DNA of 64,000 bases from an uncultured bacterium (GTDB taxonomy: Bacteria > Actinomycetota > Thermoleophilia > Solirubrobacterales > 70-9): NCBI GenBank assembly GCA_963725035.1, contig CAVRWX010000010.1, positions 124,854-188,853 of the forward strand. The letters are read 5' to 3'. The notes beneath the pieces were generated by a model. It worked only from the letters and a program-made list of their open reading frames with translations. It had not been told where the DNA came from and did no database searches. Below, in pieces: positions 26,427-36,622 of the stretch (position 1 is the stretch's first letter; each line of letters begins with the position of its first letter). The translations under genes and the position numbers were made by a program.

Positions 26427-28583
26427 TTAGCCGCCGATGCCTCCGCCGCCGAGGCCGCCTCCGCCTCCGGGGTTGCCACCGCCGGGGTTGCCTCCGCCGT
26501 TGCCCGGGTTGGCGGGCGGCCTGTCCCCGCCGGCGTCATCGCCTGGGACGTCCTGGTCGCCGGTGCCGGGGTTGTAGAGGTCGTCGTCGAAGCCGTCGCC
26601 GTCGGCGTCTTCGATGTCGGTTGTGTCGTCCGTTGTCGAATCCGTGTCGCCGTCGAGGTCGCTGCTGCTGCTGCTGCCGGCGTAGCCGCTCGGAGGAGGA
26701 CGAGAGCTCAGCCGGGTCTTTCGGCTCTGGGAAGTCGTCGCAGGGCTCGGTGGCGGCGACCGTCATGTAGTCGTTCCAGATCGGGGCGGCGAGGTCGGCG
26801 CCGTAGCCCGGCATCGGCGTGCGGATGTCGGGGTTGCCCATCCAGACCGCGGTCGAGACGTGCGGGGTGTAGCCGACGAACCACACGTCCGACTGGTACT
26901 CGGTGGTTCCGGTCTTGCCCGACGCGGGGCAGCCGATGCCCTGGCCCGCCGCGGTGCCGTACTCGAGCGCGCCCTTCATCACGTCGGCGACCGTGTAGGC
27001 AATCCCGTCCGAGAACGCCCGCTTGCCCGTGCTCGGGTCGAGCTCGTCGACGTCGCCGTTCGGGAACTCGACGCGGTTGATCGCCGTGGGATCGTGGTGG
27101 ACGCCGCCGTTGGCGAACGTGGCGTAGGCGTTCGACATCTCGAGCACCGAGACGTCGGCCGTGCCCAGCACCTCTGAAACGAAGTCTCCCGTCGGCGAGG
27201 TGATGCCCATCTTGTGCGCGGTGTCGTTCATTGCCTCAGGCGTCACGTCCATCACGAGCTGGGCGAAGACGGTGTTGATCGAGTTCGCGGTAGCGCTGCG
27301 AAGGGTCATCGACTTGCTGCCGCCGCCCGAGACCGTCCACGGAGGACACCCGAGGCAGGGGTTGATCGTGATCGTGCCCGGAGCCGCATAGGTCGTCGTG
27401 TCAGGGTCCATCCCCTGCTCGACTGCAGCGGCGAGCGCAAAGGGCTTGTACGCGGAGCCGGGCTGGCGCTTGCCCTGCGCGGCAAGGTTGAACTTGCTGT
27501 CGTCGTAGTTCGTCGAGGAGGCCATCGCCTTGATCTCGCCGGTATCCACGTCCGTGGAAACGAGGGCTGCAGCGGCACCCTCCGGCACGTAGTTGGCCGC
27601 GATCGCGCCTTCGGCCGTGTCCTGCAGGTTCGGCACGAGCGTGGTGTAAACCTCGAGGCCGCCGACGCGCGCCGTGTTGGTCCCGTAGCGCTCGATCAGC
27701 TCCTGCTGGACGTAGTCGAAGAAGTAGCGGTAGCGGAACTGCTCGTACTTGTAGCCGCGCTGGAGCCCGAGGCCGGAGCGCGACCACTTCCGGTGCTCTG
27801 CCTCGGAGATATAGCCCTGCTCGAGCATCGCGTCGAGCACGAGGTCCCGGCGCTTGATGGCCACGTCCGGGCTGATGAACGGGTTGTACTGCGAGGGCGC
27901 CTGGGGAAGTCCGGCAAGAAGTGCCGCCTCGCCGACGTTGATGTCCTCGATCTCCTTGTTGAAGTAGATCGAGGCCGCCGCCTTGACCCCCACCGCCGTG
28001 TCACCCGAGTTGGTGCCGTAGGTGGCGGTGTTGAGGTACTTCTCGAGGATCTCGTCCTTCGTGTAGTCCTCCTCGAACTCCATCGACCACTTCGCCTCGG
28101 TCAGCTTGCGCTCGAACGTGTCCTCGGGCTTCTTGATGTAGAGGTTGCGGACGAGCTGCTGAGTGATCGTCGATGCGCCCTGCTCGATCTCGCCGGCCTC
28201 GACGTTCTGGACCGTCGCGCGGATGATCGCCGAGAAATCGACGCCGTCGTGCTCGTAGAAGTTCTCGTCCTCGATCGCGATCGTCGCGTTCTGGAGGTTC
28301 TTCGGGATCGCCCTGAGGCCGACCGGCTCGCGGATGATGCTCAGCGTCGATGTAGCCCAAGCCGGGATCCATCGGCGGCGTAGACGATTGAGTTCGCGCC
28401 CTGCTCGCCCACGATTTTCTGGTTCTCGATCGGGTCCACGTCACTCCACATGTCGTAGACCCAGCCCGCAGCAGCGCCCGCCGCAATGCCGATCACCACG
28501 AGGACAAGGCCGAGTCCCAGCAGGATCTTCTTGACAGGGGAGCCGCTCGAGCGCTGATGGCGCTTTCGTGCTCGTGAAGACAT
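26427..28583 (-). CDS. class A penicillin-binding protein (transglycosylase/transpeptidase), three frame breaks as sequenced
   Basis: The N-terminal anchor (28341-28583), LGYIDAE, the GT51 core (IAIEDENFYEHDG, GASTITQQL), the TP core and a D/G/S-rich tail ending at 26427 lie in different frames. Breaks are near 28357, 28339 and 26688. The total is 2157 nt (3n). Confidence 0.85.
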
Positions 28584-28654
28584 AGCTAGCTAGTGAAAAA
28601 GGGTAACGAGGCGATCCCGTGCGCGGATCACCTTGCAATAACGCCGTCTGAGCG

Positions 28655-29473
28655 CTATTCGTCGCCTGTCTCGAGCACTCCTGCACTGAACAGGAGTTGG
28701 TGGGCACGCTCACGCAGCGCCGCCTCCTCGCCCGAGACCGATGTGCGGGCGCTGCCGTGCGGGCCGTGGACGACGAGCCGGACGCCCTCGGGCGTGATCT
28801 CGGCGGTCTCGATATCGGACGCCTCGAGCGGGGCAAGCGCCGCCCGCGCCTTGTCGATGTCGCCGTCGCGGGGAAGCCAGACCGAGCAGGCGACCGGCGC
28901 GTTCTGGTCACCGGTCGAGCGGTTGAAGACGGTGTTGGTGACGACCTTCTCGTTCGGGACGATCATCAGGCGGCCGTCGCCCGTGTCGATGTAGGTGTAG
29001 GAGAGCGTGAGGTCGTCGACCCGGCCGGTCTCGTCATCCAGCGTGATCGTGTCGCCGATCCGGATCGGCTGCGTGACCGCCAGCAGGATCCCGGCCAGCG
29101 GGTTCGCCAGCACCTGCCGCGCAGCGAGGCCGAGCACGATGCCGAGCACGGCGCTCGAGGCCAAAAGGCCAGTCGCCAGCTTCTCGAGCTTCGTGAACTG
29201 GCTGAGCGCGAGGCCGATGCCGATGACGACGATCGTCACGAAGATGAGCCTGCGAACGACGCGAAGCCGGGTGGCGGCCGCGCGCGAAACGCCCACGTCC
29301 GTCACCTGCCCGGCGAGGCGCCCGCCGCGCGCCAGCACGATCCGGTCGACGAGGTACGCGATCACGATCGACACCGCAACCGTGATTACGGCGCCAAGGA
29401 GATCGCTGTCTGTTTCGATGAAGGTCCCGACCACGTGTTCAATGATTACCGGGTCCGAAATCGATCCTGCCAA
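28655..29473 (-). CDS. small-conductance mechanosensitive channel (MscS family)
   Basis: The 272-aa protein has TM helices followed by the beta domain GDTITLDDETGRVDDLTLSYTYIDTGDGRLMIVPNEKV. Confidence 0.85.
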   Translation of the reverse strand: MAGSISDPVIIEHVVGTFIETDSDLLGAVITVAVSIVIAYLVDRIVLARGGRLAGQVTDVGVSRAAATRLRVVRRLIFVTIVVIGIGLALSQFTKLEKLATGLLASSAVLGIVLGLAARQVLANPLAGILLAVTQPIRIGDTITLDDETGRVDDLTLSYTYIDTGDGRLMIVPNEKVVTNTVFNRSTGDQNAPVACSVWLPRDGDIDKARAALAPLEASDIETAEITPEGVRLVVHGPHGSARTSVSGEEAALRERAHQLLFSAGVLETGDE

Positions 29474-29486
29474 GCTAGCTCCGCGA

Positions 29487-30137
29487 ATGACCGCCTCACC
29501 ATCACAACCGACCCGCGCCGTGCTCTTCGACGCGCTCGGAACGCTCGTGGATCTCGAGCCTCCGTGGGTCCCTCTCGCGTCCGTTCTGGAGATGGACGAA
29601 GCCGAGGTTGCAACCGCCGTGAGGGCCGAGATGGACTACTTCAAGGAGCACTCGCACGAGGGCAAGGACGCAGCCTCGCTCGACGCTCTTCGCACCCGCT
29701 GCGCCGACATTCTCTCCTGGGAGCTCGACCGCGAGGTGCCGCTGAAGACGATGATGGACGCCTTCGTGTTTTACGCCTTCGACGACGCGCGCCCAGCCCT
29801 CGACGAACTCCGCAAGGCCGGCCTGCGGCTCGTCTGCGTCTCGAACTGGGACGTCTCCTTGCCCGAGGTGCTGGAGCGCTGCGGACTCGACAAAGCGCTC
29901 GACGGCGTCGTGACTTCGGCCGAAGCCGGCGTGCGGAAGCCTGACCCGGCGATCTTCACGGCCGCACTGAACCTGGCGGGCTGCGGGCCAGACGAGGCGC
30001 TCCACGTCGGCGACACCGTCGCCGAGGACATCGCCGGGGCGGGCGCCGCAGGCATTCGCGCGCTCCACATCGACCGGGCGGGCGGTGGCGATATCTCCTC
30101 GCTGGCCGAGGTCGCCCGAGCGGTGAGAAGTGGCTGA
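29487..30137 (+). CDS. HAD-superfamily hydrolase (subfamily IA-like)
   Basis: ATG 29487. Motif I is VLFDALGTL. Further motifs are VCVSNWD, KPDPAIF and HVGDTVAEDIAGA. Confidence 0.8.
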   Translation: MTASPSQPTRAVLFDALGTLVDLEPPWVPLASVLEMDEAEVATAVRAEMDYFKEHSHEGKDAASLDALRTRCADILSWELDREVPLKTMMDAFVFYAFDDARPALDELRKAGLRLVCVSNWDVSLPEVLERCGLDKALDGVVTSAEAGVRKPDPAIFTAALNLAGCGPDEALHVGDTVAEDIAGAGAAGIRALHIDRAGGGDISSLAEVARAVRSG

Positions 30138-30892
30138 ATTCGGCTCGTTCGGACCGTCCGCCCGACGAGTCCGCTCCTCCTCCGCGTTTCGTTCCGGCCC
30201 CGGAGCACTCGAAGGGATTCGACAAGCGGAAGCCGTGGGCGCAGCTTCAGCCCATCGACGCGCTGATCGGCTTCCTGATCATCTTCCTCGGACTGGCGCT
30301 GGCGGGAGGGATCGTCCTGGGCCTGATCGAGCAGGAGCCCGACGCCACCCTGGCCGCGCTCATCCCGCAAGGGCTCCTTTTCATCGGCGTTCCGATCCTG
30401 GTCGCCTCGCGGCGGGTGGACGCACGCCCGTGGCGGCTGGTGGGCTACGTCCCGTTCAAGGCCAGGGACCTCTGGCTGGTCGCCGCCGCGATGGGCGCGC
30501 AGATCGCGGTCACCGTCATCTTCACCGCTCTCTTCTTCACGCCCGAGCAGGACACGCTGGTCGAGGACGTCGAGTTCAACGAGACCACGCTCACCGCCAT
30601 CGCAACCGTCTTCTTGATCTGCATCGCGGCGCCGATCACCGAGGAGACCCTCTTCCGCGGCCTGTTCTTCGGCGCGCTTCGCAGCCGCACTCCGTTCTGG
30701 GTCGCTGCGGCCGCGTCCGGCCTGCTCTTCGGCTCGGTGCACCTCCCCTCGGGGGACCTCGCCGTGGCGGGCCTGCTCTCTTTCCTCGGCGTGATCCTGG
30801 CGTGGCTCTATGAGCGCACACGATCGCTCGGGCCGCCGATCGTCCTGCACATGGTGAACAATTCGATCGCGATCATCCCGCTGCTGAGTTAG
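30130..30892 (+). CDS. CPBP-family intramembrane metalloprotease (CAAX protease-like), probable frame break near 30160
   Basis: It has the APITEETLFRG and FGSVH...HMVNN motifs. The frame with natural sequence (DESAPPPRFVPAPEHSKGFDKRKPWAQLQPIDALIGF...) has no start codon, while GTG 30130 is in the -1 frame. The span is 763 nt (3n+1). Confidence 0.65.
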
Positions 30893-30939
30893 TGACAAAT
30901 CAACTTGAGACAACTACGCGAGGTGGCACAATTGCGGGC

Positions 30940-31923
30940 ATGAAGCGTGTCCTTCTTCCCCTCGCTGCCCTAGCCCTGCTCGTCCCTGGCTCCGCCTCGG
31001 CCCAAGATCTGGCCCAGGACCAGCTTCTTCAGGGCGCTCCGAAGGACGCGAAGGTCCGCATCGCGCTCAAGAACGTGAACGGCAGCAAGGTGCACGTCGG
31101 CAGCAGGGTCCTCGGCGTCGGCTACGTCCGCCCGTTCGTGCCGAACCAGGAGGTGCGGGTGTGGGTCTCCAAGGCCAACAACGAGGTCGCCGCCAAGCAC
31201 CAGCCGATCCGGCGTGTGAAGGGCAAGAACCAGGGCCGCTTCAAGATCCGCTCGCCCCGCCTGATCGAGGACGGCTCCTACCGGATCCGCGCCAAGAAGG
31301 ATGCCTCGCCGAACCAGGAGGGCTTCTCGAAGCAGTCGCGGGCGGTCGGCATCTCCTACCCGGACCTTGATCCGGGGATGCAGAACAACGACGTGAACCT
31401 CTTCAACGACCTCCTGGACAAGCAGGCCTACTTCACCTCGAACGGCTCGAGCTACGGCTCGGCGACTGGGCGCGCCGTCCTCGCATACCGCAAGGTGAAC
31501 GGAATGTCTCGCACGACCAACGCCACACCGGCGATCTTCCGCACGCTTGCGAACGGCGGCGGCAGCTTCAAGCTCAAGTACCCGGGCGCCGGCAAGCACG
31601 TCGAGGCCGACCTCTCGCGCCAGGTGATGGTCCTCGCAGACAACGGCAAGCCGAAGCACATCTTCCACATCTCCTCGGGAACGGCGGCGACGCCGACGAT
31701 CAGGGGCCACCACACCTTCTTCCGCAAGCAGTACGGGACGAACGCGAGCGGCATGGTCCACTCCGTCTACTTCGGGCCGACGAACCGCGGCTACGCGACG
31801 CACGGGTACAAGTCAGTGCCGAACTACCCGGCAAGCCACGGGTGCCTGCGCAACCCGATCCCGAACTCGCTCTTCATCTACAACTGGATCAACCTCGGCG
31901 AGTCCATCTACGTCTACTCGTGA
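30940..31923 (+). CDS. L,D-transpeptidase (YkuD domain) family protein
   Basis: ATG 30940 gives the signal peptide MKRVLLPLAALALLVPGSASA. The catalytic motif is YPASHGCLRNP. Confidence 0.8.
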   Translation: MKRVLLPLAALALLVPGSASAQDLAQDQLLQGAPKDAKVRIALKNVNGSKVHVGSRVLGVGYVRPFVPNQEVRVWVSKANNEVAAKHQPIRRVKGKNQGRFKIRSPRLIEDGSYRIRAKKDASPNQEGFSKQSRAVGISYPDLDPGMQNNDVNLFNDLLDKQAYFTSNGSSYGSATGRAVLAYRKVNGMSRTTNATPAIFRTLANGGGSFKLKYPGAGKHVEADLSRQVMVLADNGKPKHIFHISSGTAATPTIRGHHTFFRKQYGTNASGMVHSVYFGPTNRGYATHGYKSVPNYPASHGCLRNPIPNSLFIYNWINLGESIYVYS

Positions 31924-31930
31924 GCCGTCG

Positions 31931-32497
31931 TTGAGCTCTGATCAGGACGGCGCCCGCGAGACGCTCGTGGCCGAGCTGCGCGAGCACGCCCTGATCCTGG
32001 GCGAGGTGACGCTCTCGAGCGGGCAGACCGCTCAGTACTACGTGGACGCGCGCCGGGCGATCATGCGGCCGGCCGGCTTCCGCGCCGCGGGCGAGCTGAT
32101 CGCGGCGGCGGCCACCGAGGCGGGCGCCGTGGCCGTAGGCGGTCCGGTTATGGCCGCAATCCCGCTGGCCTGCGCCGCCATCGCCGTGCCTGGCGGCGAC
32201 GATCTGGTCGGGTTCTTCGTCCGCAAGGAGCGAAAGCAGCACGGGCTCCAGCGCTGGGTCGAAGGTCCGGTGGAAGAAGGCGCGAAGGTGCTCGTGGTCG
32301 AGGACACCGTGACCACGGGCGGCTCGACGGTGTCGGCGATCGAGCGCATCCGCGAGGAGGGCCTCGACATCGTCGCCACCCTCTGCGTGGTCGATCGCCT
32401 GGCGGGCGGAGGCGACGCGATCGCCGCCGCGGCCGACGCGCCCTTCCAGGCGCTCACGACGATCGACGACGTCTACCCGGACCGCCCCGACCGCTGA
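31931..32497 (+). CDS. pyrE: orotate phosphoribosyltransferase
   Basis: TTG 31931. The protein reads GEVTLSSGQTAQYYVD and has the PRPP motif VLVVEDTVTTGGS. Confidence 0.9.
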   Translation: MSSDQDGARETLVAELREHALILGEVTLSSGQTAQYYVDARRAIMRPAGFRAAGELIAAAATEAGAVAVGGPVMAAIPLACAAIAVPGGDDLVGFFVRKERKQHGLQRWVEGPVEEGAKVLVVEDTVTTGGSTVSAIERIREEGLDIVATLCVVDRLAGGGDAIAAAADAPFQALTTIDDVYPDRPDR

Positions 32498-32541
32498 GCC
32501 GCACACCGAAAGGCATCAGCGCGGTATCCGGGCTGTGTCGA

Positions 32542-33129
32542 CTAGTGCGGCGGGCGGGTGCGGAGCGTGCGGATCGCCTCCTGCGCCTGCTTCGACTCGG
32601 CGCCGGTGTTTCGATCGGCGTTCTCGGCGATGACCGCGGTCACGACCGCGACGCCCTTTCGCTCCAGCACGATGACGCTCACGCGCTGCGGCACGCCCGA
32701 CTTCTTGGCGACCCCTTTCGCCTCGACGATCGCACCCTCGTACTCGTGCTTGAACGGCTTCGCCTTGCCGGGGTCGAGCGGCTTCTTGTAACCGGGAAGG
32801 AGCTTCGCGGTCTGGGTCGCGAACGCCTTCGGGTCGCCGCCCAGCGCGTCATCGGTCCGGTCGATCGTAATCGCCGCCGAGACCAGCTCGTCAGGCGCAG
32901 TCAGGGTCGTCACCGTTCCCCGCTCCTTGGCGCTCCAGCCCGGCGGCCGGCCGAACGCCACGCCCGCGCCGGCGTTGACGAACTCCTCGTAGCCGCGCTT
33001 GAGCTGCGGCAGCTTGTCGACCGTCTCCTTCTTGCGCTCGACCGGCTTCGGCTCCGGCTCGTCCTTGGAGCCGCAGCCGCCGGCCAGAAGACCGACGACG
33101 ACGACTGTTAGTAGCGCGCGAAGACGCAT
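32542..33129 (-). CDS. lipoprotein, function unknown
   Basis: The N-terminus MRLRALLTVVVVGLLAGGCGSKD contains a lipobox (LAGGC). Confidence 0.6.
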   Translation of the reverse strand: MRLRALLTVVVVGLLAGGCGSKDEPEPKPVERKKETVDKLPQLKRGYEEFVNAGAGVAFGRPPGWSAKERGTVTTLTAPDELVSAAITIDRTDDALGGDPKAFATQTAKLLPGYKKPLDPGKAKPFKHEYEGAIVEAKGVAKKSGVPQRVSVIVLERKGVAVVTAVIAENADRNTGAESKQAQEAIRTLRTRPPH

Positions 33130-33150
33130 GCGCGGCGGTGGGATCCGGCT

Positions 33151-33627
33151 TTACTCCTCGAAGCTCGTCAGGTCCTGCGCTTCGATCCCGTTCGCCTCGC
33201 AATAGGACTCGTAGCGGTCGAGCGAGGTTTTCCAGTTCTCGCGGGCGATGATGCTGCCGTCGTCGTCGAGGAACAGGAGCTCGCCAACGATGACGAAGAA
33301 CACCTCGGCGTTCTCGTCGCCGCAGCTGTATGGCGTGTGCGAGGACGCCGCGACCTCATACACCGTGTCGCCGGCCTCGGAGACCCAGTCGTGCTCTTTG
33401 TAGCCCCAGGCGCCCTTCATCGTGTGTCCGATCACGATTCCGGTGTGGAGGTGCGTCGGAAGCTCGATGCCCGGAGGGAATCGCATCGCGACCACGATCT
33501 CGCCGTGGATCGGGTCGATCTTGAAGTACTTCAGCTCGACCTCGTCGCTATAGGGCGTAAACGGCACCCAAGGCAGCGAATCCCCCTTCACGTTCGACAC
33601 CACGATGTTCTTCGTAGCGGTGGTCAT
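33151..33627 (-). CDS. cupin-fold protein, 2,4'-dihydroxyacetophenone dioxygenase-like
   Basis: The 158-aa protein contains LPWVPF...KYFKIDPIHGEIVVAMRFPPGIELPTHLHTG. Confidence 0.65.
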   Translation of the reverse strand: MTTATKNIVVSNVKGDSLPWVPFTPYSDEVELKYFKIDPIHGEIVVAMRFPPGIELPTHLHTGIVIGHTMKGAWGYKEHDWVSEAGDTVYEVAASSHTPYSCGDENAEVFFVIVGELLFLDDDGSIIARENWKTSLDRYESYCEANGIEAQDLTSFEE

Positions 33628-33753
33628 CCATGTCCCCTTTCGTCGATCGCGCCTTTCGGCAGGCTGTACGGCACAGTAACGCCAGTTGCTCGCCGACAGA
33701 CGGGAGGCTCAATACTGCCCGACCAGGCCGCAGTTCGAATCCGGTTTTGGGAG

Positions 33754-34944
33754 TCAGTTGCCTGGATTCCAAGCCAGTCGGCGGTCCAACATCTTGAGGC
33801 TTTTGGACAAGTCGGTCGTGTCATAAACACGGACGCGATCGCTGGGCCAGGCAGCATTATCGGGCTCGCCTGTGTTGAGTTCGTAGTACTCGCAGTGGCC
33901 TCGTGAAAGCGTGGCCCCACCGTGCAGGAGGCCAACCTGTATGAGACGAGCCAGCATCTCCTCTGCCAGAAGCCGCTGGTCCTCGGTATCCCGTCTTGTC
34001 ACCGTCCCGGCGGCGACGTTCCCGTTGACAAAGTGGGTCGTCCCCTCGGCCCGTACCGAGATGGCCAACACCATGCGGTCATCTACCCCGGCCCATTGGC
34101 CGACATCGCTCACCAGAGCCATCAGCGGGTCCCCATTGACCAATAGGACCGAGAACGGGATTCGCTTCCGGCCGGCGACCTCGAGCAGGACATGCTCACT
34201 CAGCACTCGACCCCCAGCCCCGGAATCGGCGTCATTCTGCGTCCCGCGAACCGTGAGGGCTTGATTTCTGCTCAGATGAACGACGTCGGCCTCGATCACA
34301 TCGTCTCCAACGTGGCAGCGAACCGCATCGTTCGTCAGTTCCAAGGACGAAATCTCGACACCGAGCCGGAGACTGCCGCCAAGATCTCGGAGGCGCGCCG
34401 ACAGCGTCTCCGTCAACTCGAAGCACCCGCCCCTCGGATAGCGGTAGGCGCGGGTTCCGCCAAGCGTCAAGGTCCGAATCGATGTCAAGATGGACAGCAA
34501 GCGCCAGCTGAACGCCCGGTTCCGGCGAATGCCGCCCAAGCCGTACAGTGCCCGGTTCCTGATCGAGTTGGGGCTGGTTACGAGGATCTTCGGTTGGACG
34601 TTCATGACGGGAAGCTCAACTCCCAGGTCATTCAGGAGGCGATACGCAGCCGGCACGTTCCCGATGTAGTGGCAGCCAACCTCCAAGTTGTCCACACCGA
34701 AGAGATCGCGCACGTACCAGGCGCCACCGATCTCGTTTCGCCGTTCGACCAAGAGGACGCTGTCTCCCCGCTGCGCGATCCTGCAGGCCAAAGCAAGGTT
34801 GTGCGGGCTCGCGCCGACTACGACGTGCAAGCCGTCATCGTCCCGCGTGCGACGTACGGTGTTCTTTGCGGCCACAGTCCCCGTTACCGGTGGCCCATTT
34901 TCCCCTGGACTTGCGGCCATTTGGGTGCACTCTACTGCTGACAA
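33754..34944 (-). CDS. FAD/NAD(P)-binding oxidoreductase-like protein
   Basis: It has a Rossmann-type motif VVVGASPHNLALACRIAQRGDSVLLVERRNEIGGAW. The DNA is visibly lower in GC than its neighbours, and the gene abuts tRNA-Arg. Confidence 0.6.
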   Translation of the reverse strand: MSAVECTQMAASPGENGPPVTGTVAAKNTVRRTRDDDGLHVVVGASPHNLALACRIAQRGDSVLLVERRNEIGGAWYVRDLFGVDNLEVGCHYIGNVPAAYRLLNDLGVELPVMNVQPKILVTSPNSIRNRALYGLGGIRRNRAFSWRLLSILTSIRTLTLGGTRAYRYPRGGCFELTETLSARLRDLGGSLRLGVEISSLELTNDAVRCHVGDDVIEADVVHLSRNQALTVRGTQNDADSGAGGRVLSEHVLLEVAGRKRIPFSVLLVNGDPLMALVSDVGQWAGVDDRMVLAISVRAEGTTHFVNGNVAAGTVTRRDTEDQRLLAEEMLARLIQVGLLHGGATLSRGHCEYYELNTGEPDNAAWPSDRVRVYDTTDLSKSLKMLDRRLAWNPGN

Positions 34945-34975
34945 GCGGGGGTGCCGGCGCTCCTCGATACAGGCA

Positions 34976-35049
34976 CGCCCCGACCAGGATTCGAACCTGG
35001 GGCCTACTCCTTAGGAGGGAGTCGCTCTGTCCAGCTGAGCTATCGGGGC
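34976..35049 (-). tRNA. tRNA-Arg (anticodon CCT)
   Basis: The minus-strand sequence is GCCCCGATAGCTCAGCTGGACAGAGCGACTCCCTCCTAAGGAGTAGGCCCCAGGTTCGAATCCTGGTCGGGGCG. It has a 7-bp acceptor stem, D and T arms, and the anticodon loop CT-CCT-AA. No CCA is encoded. Confidence 0.92.
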
Positions 35050-35095
35050 CTCCGGCCAGATTACGGCCCGGGACGGCTCCACACGCCCAGGTGCG

Positions 35096-35770
35096 TCACT
35101 CGCCTTCGTCGTAGAGGCTCTCGGACGCCACCTGCGCGAGGCGGCGGTCCCAGAGCTTCACGGTGAGGAAGACGTCCGAGTCGCCGAAGCCGTGCACAGC
35201 ATCCACGGCGACGAGCGTGAAGCGGCCGTCGCGGACCGGGCACTGGTCGACGACCTCGCCGTCGAGCTCGGCCGTCGCGGCGACCGCGCCGCGCACCATC
35301 GGCAGGCCCCAGACGAGAGTCACGTCGCCACCGCGGCCGGCCTCCGAGCGCCAAGACCCGAGGACGTCGTCTGAGAGGTCGATCTCCCACTCGGGGCTGT
35401 CTTCGACGGTGACGTCGGTGAACTCGGCCTTGGCGCTGAAGTCCTTGGGCTCGTCGCCCTCGGGCCGCACGAACGAAACCCAGCCGTAGTACTCGACCAG
35501 GACAGGCTCGGACCCCTCGGGCGCATCCGACGGCACGGACGGCTCCTGGGCGCGGCCCGTCACCGGCACGTAGACACGCCCGCCCCAGCCGCGCTCGGGG
35601 AACCAGCGCAGGGTCTCCGGGTTCAGTGCGGAGCCGGCGTCGGCCACGAGCGGCTCGCACGCCTCGGTGATGTGGGTCGTAAGACGCTCCGCCCAGCGCC
35701 CCGCCGGCTCGGCGTCCTGCGCGGCGTCGGCGATGAAGCGGGGGAAGGGGCGCGAGCTGGGAGGGGTCAT
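35096..35770 (-). CDS. hypothetical protein (224 aa)
   Basis: The ORF has protein-like composition (…VEYYGWVSFVRPEGDEPKDFSAKAEFTDVTVEDSPEWEIDLSDD…). I recognise no family. Confidence 0.55.
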   Translation of the reverse strand: MTPPSSRPFPRFIADAAQDAEPAGRWAERLTTHITEACEPLVADAGSALNPETLRWFPERGWGGRVYVPVTGRAQEPSVPSDAPEGSEPVLVEYYGWVSFVRPEGDEPKDFSAKAEFTDVTVEDSPEWEIDLSDDVLGSWRSEAGRGGDVTLVWGLPMVRGAVAATAELDGEVVDQCPVRDGRFTLVAVDAVHGFGDSDVFLTVKLWDRRLAQVASESLYDEGE

Positions 35771-35838
35771 CGGGTGGACAAGCCTAGTCGCGGGGCGTAC
35801 AGTCCCTGAGCCAAGGAAATCGACGGAGGGGACGAGGG

Positions 35839-36622
35839 ATGAAGAAGACAGCGGGATGGTTGAGTTCTCTTGCCGCGTGCGCGGTGGTCGCCGCCACGCT
35901 GCCTGCGGGCGGCGCGAGCGCTCACGTCAAGACGTTCGACTCGACGGTGACGCTCAGGGTCACCGATAACTACGTCTACAAGGGGCGGGTCAAGTCCGAG
36001 GAGAAGGACTGCTACCAGCATCGGGGAGTGACGATCTACAACGAGGCCGGCGACGAAGTCCTCTCGGGGGAGACCAACAACCGGGGCAGGTACCGCCTCA
36101 TGTTCGTCGGAGAGCAGTACTACGCGAAGGTGGACAAGGTCACGGTCGGAATGGGGGTCCACCAGCACACGTGCCGTGCCGACAAGTCAGAGACGACCAT
36201 AGCGGCCGCCGAGGCTAGCCGCGGGCAGCGAAGCGCTGAATTTCACGAGACGCGACGATCGGCCACGGCGCGCGGATGAGCGTGTGGCTACCGAGGTCAC
36301 GATCAACGACAGATGCAGCTTCGACTGCCGCGCCGCTTCGCCCCGGCGCAACTACACGGTGGACTTCTTCGGCAAGGTGAGGTCCGAGGCCCCGCAATGT
36401 GAGCGACGGCGCGAGGTGCGCCTTTACCGCCGCGCAAGCTCAGGCCCCGGCTACGAGCTGATCGGCAAGACCGAGTCCGACGGTGACGGCGACTGGAAGA
36501 TCACGCGGACCGACAAGCCCGGTTTCACAAATTATCTCGTGAAGACCAAGGCCGTTCGCAAGGGCAACACGAACTGCCTGCGTGCAACTTCGGACAAGGA
36601 ATCACACGTGTTCGTCGTCTAG
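35839..36622 (+). CDS. secreted protein with two paralogous beta-sandwich-like Cys-containing domains; probably one gene split by a frame break
   Basis: ORF 35839-36279 has a signal peptide (MKKTAGWLSSLAACAVVAATLPAGGASA). ORF 36284-36622 has none but repeats the domain (VT..., GRV.SE...C, C-terminal Cys). The span is 784 nt (3n+1). Confidence 0.5.

Noticed and set aside
33728-33750. A GTTCGAATCC T-loop-like fragment read as a second tRNA gene
   Set aside because: No acceptor, D or anticodon arms can be drawn around it. At most it is a tRNA-derived remnant at the islet border.
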